From a virus (lineage: Duplodnaviria > Heunggongvirae > Uroviricota > Caudoviricetes): DNA of 37,439 nucleotides. The notes beneath the pieces are model-generated. The model searched no databases. It saw only the letters and a list, made by a program, of their open reading frames with translations, and was not told where the DNA came from. Position 1 is the stretch's first letter; each line of letters starts with the position of its first letter. This document shows positions 34,480-37,439 of the stretch, one piece after another. The DNA is taken from IMG/VR virus record IMGVR_UViG_3300035688_000604, one strand, 5' to 3'. The position numbers and the translations under genes were made by a program.

Positions 34480-34908
34480 TTATTTTCTCTCCTTCATCAT
34501 TGATTCTATATCTGGAACTTCAAACCCAGTCGTCTTGAAAGGAATGTCTATTGAATATCTCTTCGCAACTTCTCTTACAATCTCATTTATTTTTATATGC
34601 GATTCTTCCAATTCTGCGATTATCTCACCAAGAGAACATTCAGTAGTCCTTCCTCTGCCTACCCTTATCTCTATCGGGGCTTCAAGACTGTAATGCATCT
34701 TCCTCATGAGTATATTGACTATGATAAAATAATTAGTCCTTAATCTACTTGTAGTATTGTTTTTTATCCATTCGAGTCTTTTTATTAAAGGCATATTAGG
34801 TTGGTCTTCCGCCTTCAAAATTTCCAAAGCCAAATGTAGGATTCCAGAATAATTACTACGAACTGTTTCCACCCTGAACTGAGTTATGAGCGTTTCCACA
34901 TAACGCAT
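34480..34908 (-). CDS. Hypothetical helical protein (142 aa)
   Basis: ORF track, tightly packed in the operon. Confidence 0.7.
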   Translation of the reverse strand: MRYVETLITQFRVETVRSNYSGILHLALEILKAEDQPNMPLIKRLEWIKNNTTSRLRTNYFIIVNILMRKMHYSLEAPIEIRVGRGRTTECSLGEIIAELEESHIKINEIVREVAKRYSIDIPFKTTGFEVPDIESMMKERK

Positions 34909-35139
34909 CTACCCACCTACCAATTGATGTATCGAGTCTAATATCTGGATTATTTTTGGTATAGTCATGATTAAATCAATCGTGGCAAATGTGAATAAAA
35001 GAGCAAGTATGCAGTTGAAAACCAAATCCCATCTCCTTTCATCTGGGTCTTGCCTCTTTCTTTGGAATGAGATATAGACTCTCATCCAATAAAAGACTGC
35101 CATAGCCATACTAAGCCAGATGTGAAAATTCAAGAACAC
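34909..35139 (-). CDS. Small membrane protein (2 TM)
   Basis: Two hydrophobic segments flanking QRKRQDPDERRW. Confidence 0.7.
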   Translation of the reverse strand: MFLNFHIWLSMAMAVFYWMRVYISFQRKRQDPDERRWDLVFNCILALLFTFATIDLIMTIPKIIQILDSIHQLVGG

Positions 35140-35140
35140 A

Positions 35141-35563
35141 TTAGACCCCTTTCTTTTTTTTATCTTCTTCTTCTATTTCTTTCCACCATTTTTCATACTG
35201 TTCCCATTGCATCTTAAAAAATAATTTTAATAATCTATAGATGCCGACAGCAATTTTTTTAAACACCCATTTCACCCCCATTATCATGTTAATAAGATAA
35301 TATGATGTATAAAGTTCTGCTGATGTAAAAGTAATGAATATCAAAGGATGTTTGTTCATCCACTCTGAATAAGGCGGTTGATTTATGTCAACATTAAAAT
35401 GTTGTATCATCCAATCAAGCGGTGGAATCCAACCTTTCTTTGCAAAAATAAACAAAAGCGTTGGTATTACCATGACTACAAGAAAAGGTATGCCTATGAA
35501 GATTATTAATAAGACAGTGAGTATCCATTCCCAATTTGCAATAGCCCAAACCAACCAACTCAT
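35141..35563 (-). CDS. Membrane protein (140 aa)
   Basis: Long N-terminal hydrophobic stretch, second hydrophobic segment, charged tail; ATGA overlap. Confidence 0.7.
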   Translation of the reverse strand: MSWLVWAIANWEWILTVLLIIFIGIPFLVVMVIPTLLFIFAKKGWIPPLDWMIQHFNVDINQPPYSEWMNKHPLIFITFTSAELYTSYYLINMIMGVKWVFKKIAVGIYRLLKLFFKMQWEQYEKWWKEIEEEDKKKKGV

Positions 35564-35817
35564 ACCTTCACCTTCTCACCACATTTAGGGCATTTTATTT
35601 CTAAAAAATCAACATCACCCATCTCAAACTCGAAACCTTCTTTCTTGGCTTCCTCTATCAGACCTATTTTTATTTTTTTGTAGAGGGGTTTGTTCCAGTG
35701 AGACAAAGCCCTCAGCAATGAGACCATCTCAAGTTCCCCCAATTCTACGCTCACTGGTTCTTTACCTAATTTTTTTCCCCACACCCCGATTTTAGTAGCC
35801 AAGATGAATATTGCCAT
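35560..35817 (-). CDS. Small protein with C-terminal Zn-ribbon half motif
   Basis: IKCPKCGEK at the C-terminus. Confidence 0.65.
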   Translation of the reverse strand: MAIFILATKIGVWGKKLGKEPVSVELGELEMVSLLRALSHWNKPLYKKIKIGLIEEAKKEGFEFEMGDVDFLEIKCPKCGEKVKV

Positions 35818-36048
35818 CTATCTTAACCCCAACATTTTTTTGGCTTGTTTCTCCAATCTTTTCTGCTCTTCTTCTGTTACACCCCGAATCTTGTTTATAT
35901 ACTGGTATAGTTTTCCAAAAAATGTCAAGAAGTTTTTGTCCTTTAAAATTTGTGAACATCGTTGCTCTAATTCTGTTCTTGGAAAGAAACTACAAAACCT
36001 ATCAAAAGCCAACAACTCATCCTTTGAAAATTCTATCTTATATTTCAT
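35818..36048 (-). CDS. Hypothetical protein (76 aa)
   Basis: GGTGA RBS; abuts its neighbours. Confidence 0.65.
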   Translation of the reverse strand: MKYKIEFSKDELLAFDRFCSFFPRTELEQRCSQILKDKNFLTFFGKLYQYINKIRGVTEEEQKRLEKQAKKMLGLR

Positions 36049-36056
36049 TTCATCAC

Positions 36057-36305
36057 CTACAAAATTTGAGCCCCAGCATCAGAAATGTTCGTGATATTAG
36101 GAATGATGAGTTTAGACTGAGTAATATTATAACTACAATTGCATGTAGTCGGACTACATTGGGATTGACTTTTTGGAAGGAAATCATAACAGAATTTCTT
36201 CAAATCCTTGAAAGCAGTATCGATGTTTCCTATAAGGATTAGTATCGTAATTAAGGTCAATATCTGGACTACTAACACTGCTATTAATAAATATTTAATC
36301 TCCAA
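36057..36305 (-). CDS. Small protein with N-terminal TM and Cys-rich tail
   Basis: YLLIAVLVVQILTLITILILIG; C...C....CNC; TTG start after GGTGA. Confidence 0.65.
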   Translation of the reverse strand: MEIKYLLIAVLVVQILTLITILILIGNIDTAFKDLKKFCYDFLPKSQSQCSPTTCNCSYNITQSKLIIPNITNISDAGAQIL

Positions 36306-36313
36306 ACAATCAC

Positions 36314-36427
36314 CTATATTTTATTTTCTTTCATACTCTGCTTAGTGTAAATAAACCAGTATACCAAAGCAACTACTATCACGAGTATAAAAGCCAGTGC
36401 GATAAACTCAGGTTCGATTCTTATCAC
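36314..36427 (-). CDS. Single-TM micro-peptide (37 aa)
   Basis: Hand translation IRIEPEFIALAFILVIVVALVYWFIYTKQSMKENKI; start codon uncertain. Confidence 0.4.
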   Translation of the reverse strand: MIRIEPEFIALAFILVIVVALVYWFIYTKQSMKENKI

Positions 36428-36456
36428 CTCATATTATATTTTGTAACATCATCTAT

Positions 36457-37227
36457 TTACGATTTTGTAGGAAGTTCTTGTGTTTTTGATGAGAACCTCA
36501 CTAACGGATTTATGTTTATTAATTCCCTGCTGACATTCGCAAAGTCTTCTACCTGAGTATACATCGTGTCAATCAGAGCAGGGTTCTTCTGCCTATCAAA
36601 TATCTCAAGTTTCTTGTCCGCTACATTACCAGCATTATCCCTTAAAACTGGATAGAGGAAGTTTCTGACTCTTTCAATACCAAGACCCCTGATTATTATC
36701 TTATCCCCATCGACTCTAACCAAATCTGTAGCGACTTGATATGTCTTCGTTTCTATTTTCTTCGTATCGGAATTAAATTCACGAAGAGTGTATTCCTTAT
36801 TGACATTACATTTAACTATGAAAATTTCTTTCACTAAATCAAGAAAATCAATCCTCGCAGGAATCCAGAACAGATACCATTTTTTCCCCTTCCAAGCCAT
36901 TATGTTCTTGTATCCATCCTGAGTTATAGATTCACCAAGATAATGACCGATGAATTGCAGTCTATCTTCAGAGACCATGTAAACATCCCTGACGACTGGA
37001 TTCTTATGGAACTTGCATAACGCCTTAGTCCTATTGTAAATCTCTGCGAATGGGTCTATCTTCTTCTTCATTTTTTTCCAAAGAAGATACACGAAAGCAA
37101 GCATCACAGCAATAACGAATACTACTATGATAATGAGCCAATATTTGACAAGAAGAACCACTATCTGTGCTACTATACTGGGTTTCTTGATTGGCTCAGT
37201 TATAACATTTACTGGAATTTCATTCAC
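36457..37227 (-). CDS. Membrane-anchored protein (256 aa)
   Basis: N-terminal hydrophobic segment followed by KKMKKK; GAGGTGA RBS. Confidence 0.75.
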   Translation of the reverse strand: MNEIPVNVITEPIKKPSIVAQIVVLLVKYWLIIIVVFVIAVMLAFVYLLWKKMKKKIDPFAEIYNRTKALCKFHKNPVVRDVYMVSEDRLQFIGHYLGESITQDGYKNIMAWKGKKWYLFWIPARIDFLDLVKEIFIVKCNVNKEYTLREFNSDTKKIETKTYQVATDLVRVDGDKIIIRGLGIERVRNFLYPVLRDNAGNVADKKLEIFDRQKNPALIDTMYTQVEDFANVSRELININPLVRFSSKTQELPTKS

Positions 37228-37228
37228 C

Positions 37229-37438
37229 TCATAAATTTATTTTTTCAATAATTTTTTCATTAATATCTGTCTCATCAAAAAATAAGACTTTCCAACCATA
37301 TTTATTAAAAACTTTGATTCTTTCTCTTTTCCATCCCTCAACATTACCTCTAAATTTTTGTTTATGTTTCCTGCAAAATGTTTCTATAGCAAATTTTTCT
37401 CCATTATTATTAATGAAATCTGGGTTGTATTTTTCTAT
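37229..37438 (-). mobile_element. C-terminal part of a fourth Vsr/DUF559-like endonuclease (truncated by the window edge)
   Basis: Hand translation ...KYNPDFINNNGEKFAIETF...FNKYGWKVLFFDETD..., parallel to the C-terminus of 15087-15863. Confidence 0.65.
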
Positions 37439-37439
37439 C

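Noticed and set aside
8835-35588. Numerous + strand ORF-track calls inside minus-strand genes (e.g. 8835, 9460, 11453, 12229, 17610, 21653, 21844, 23352, 26218, 27101, 30408, 32685, 34436, 35385)
   Set aside because: Antisense to coupled minus-strand genes; composition reflects the reverse complement of N/K/E-rich coding sequence
35811-36242. 143-aa + strand ORF
   Set aside because: Antisense to three tightly packed minus-strand genes that have RBSs
36405-36425. GGTTCGATTC, a tRNA T-loop-like sequence
   Set aside because: No 5-bp T-stem, acceptor stem or cloverleaf can be formed; it lies within a small minus-strand TM ORF

Overview
AT-rich window that reads as part of an archaeal virus or virus-like element. 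Support: TTTAAATA-type TATA boxes with an upstream purine-rich BRE-like tract, GGTGA/GAGGTG ribosome-binding sites, no host housekeeping genes, and many micro-ORFs. Layout: (i) 160-3406, + strand operon (AbrB-like regulator, SAM methyltransferase, Topo VI-A/Spo11-like Toprim protein, VRGHWR-motif protein); (ii) 3460-31703, mostly - strand, with five large secreted beta-helix/LamG/DNRLRE surface proteins that share one ~48-aa C-terminal anchor, interleaved with 36 mostly unrelated small ORFs that all start M-V-H, M-A-H, M-S-H or M-H (32 of them consecutive, 19858-31703); (iii) 31794-37439, a P-loop ATPase plus small membrane proteins (morphogenesis-like), invaded by Vsr/DUF559-type endonucleases. 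Main discoveries: (1) the N-terminal His-tag array, where every variant puts His at position 2 of the predicted mature protein, while all 24 Val-type copies use the same GTT codon; (2) a 34-nt bulge-helix-bulge intron (33180-33213) whose canonical removal exactly rejoins the split ATPase; (3) the shared C-terminal anchor, which also has a stand-alone soluble homolog inside the array. All family calls come from motif recognition by eye; no database searches were run.
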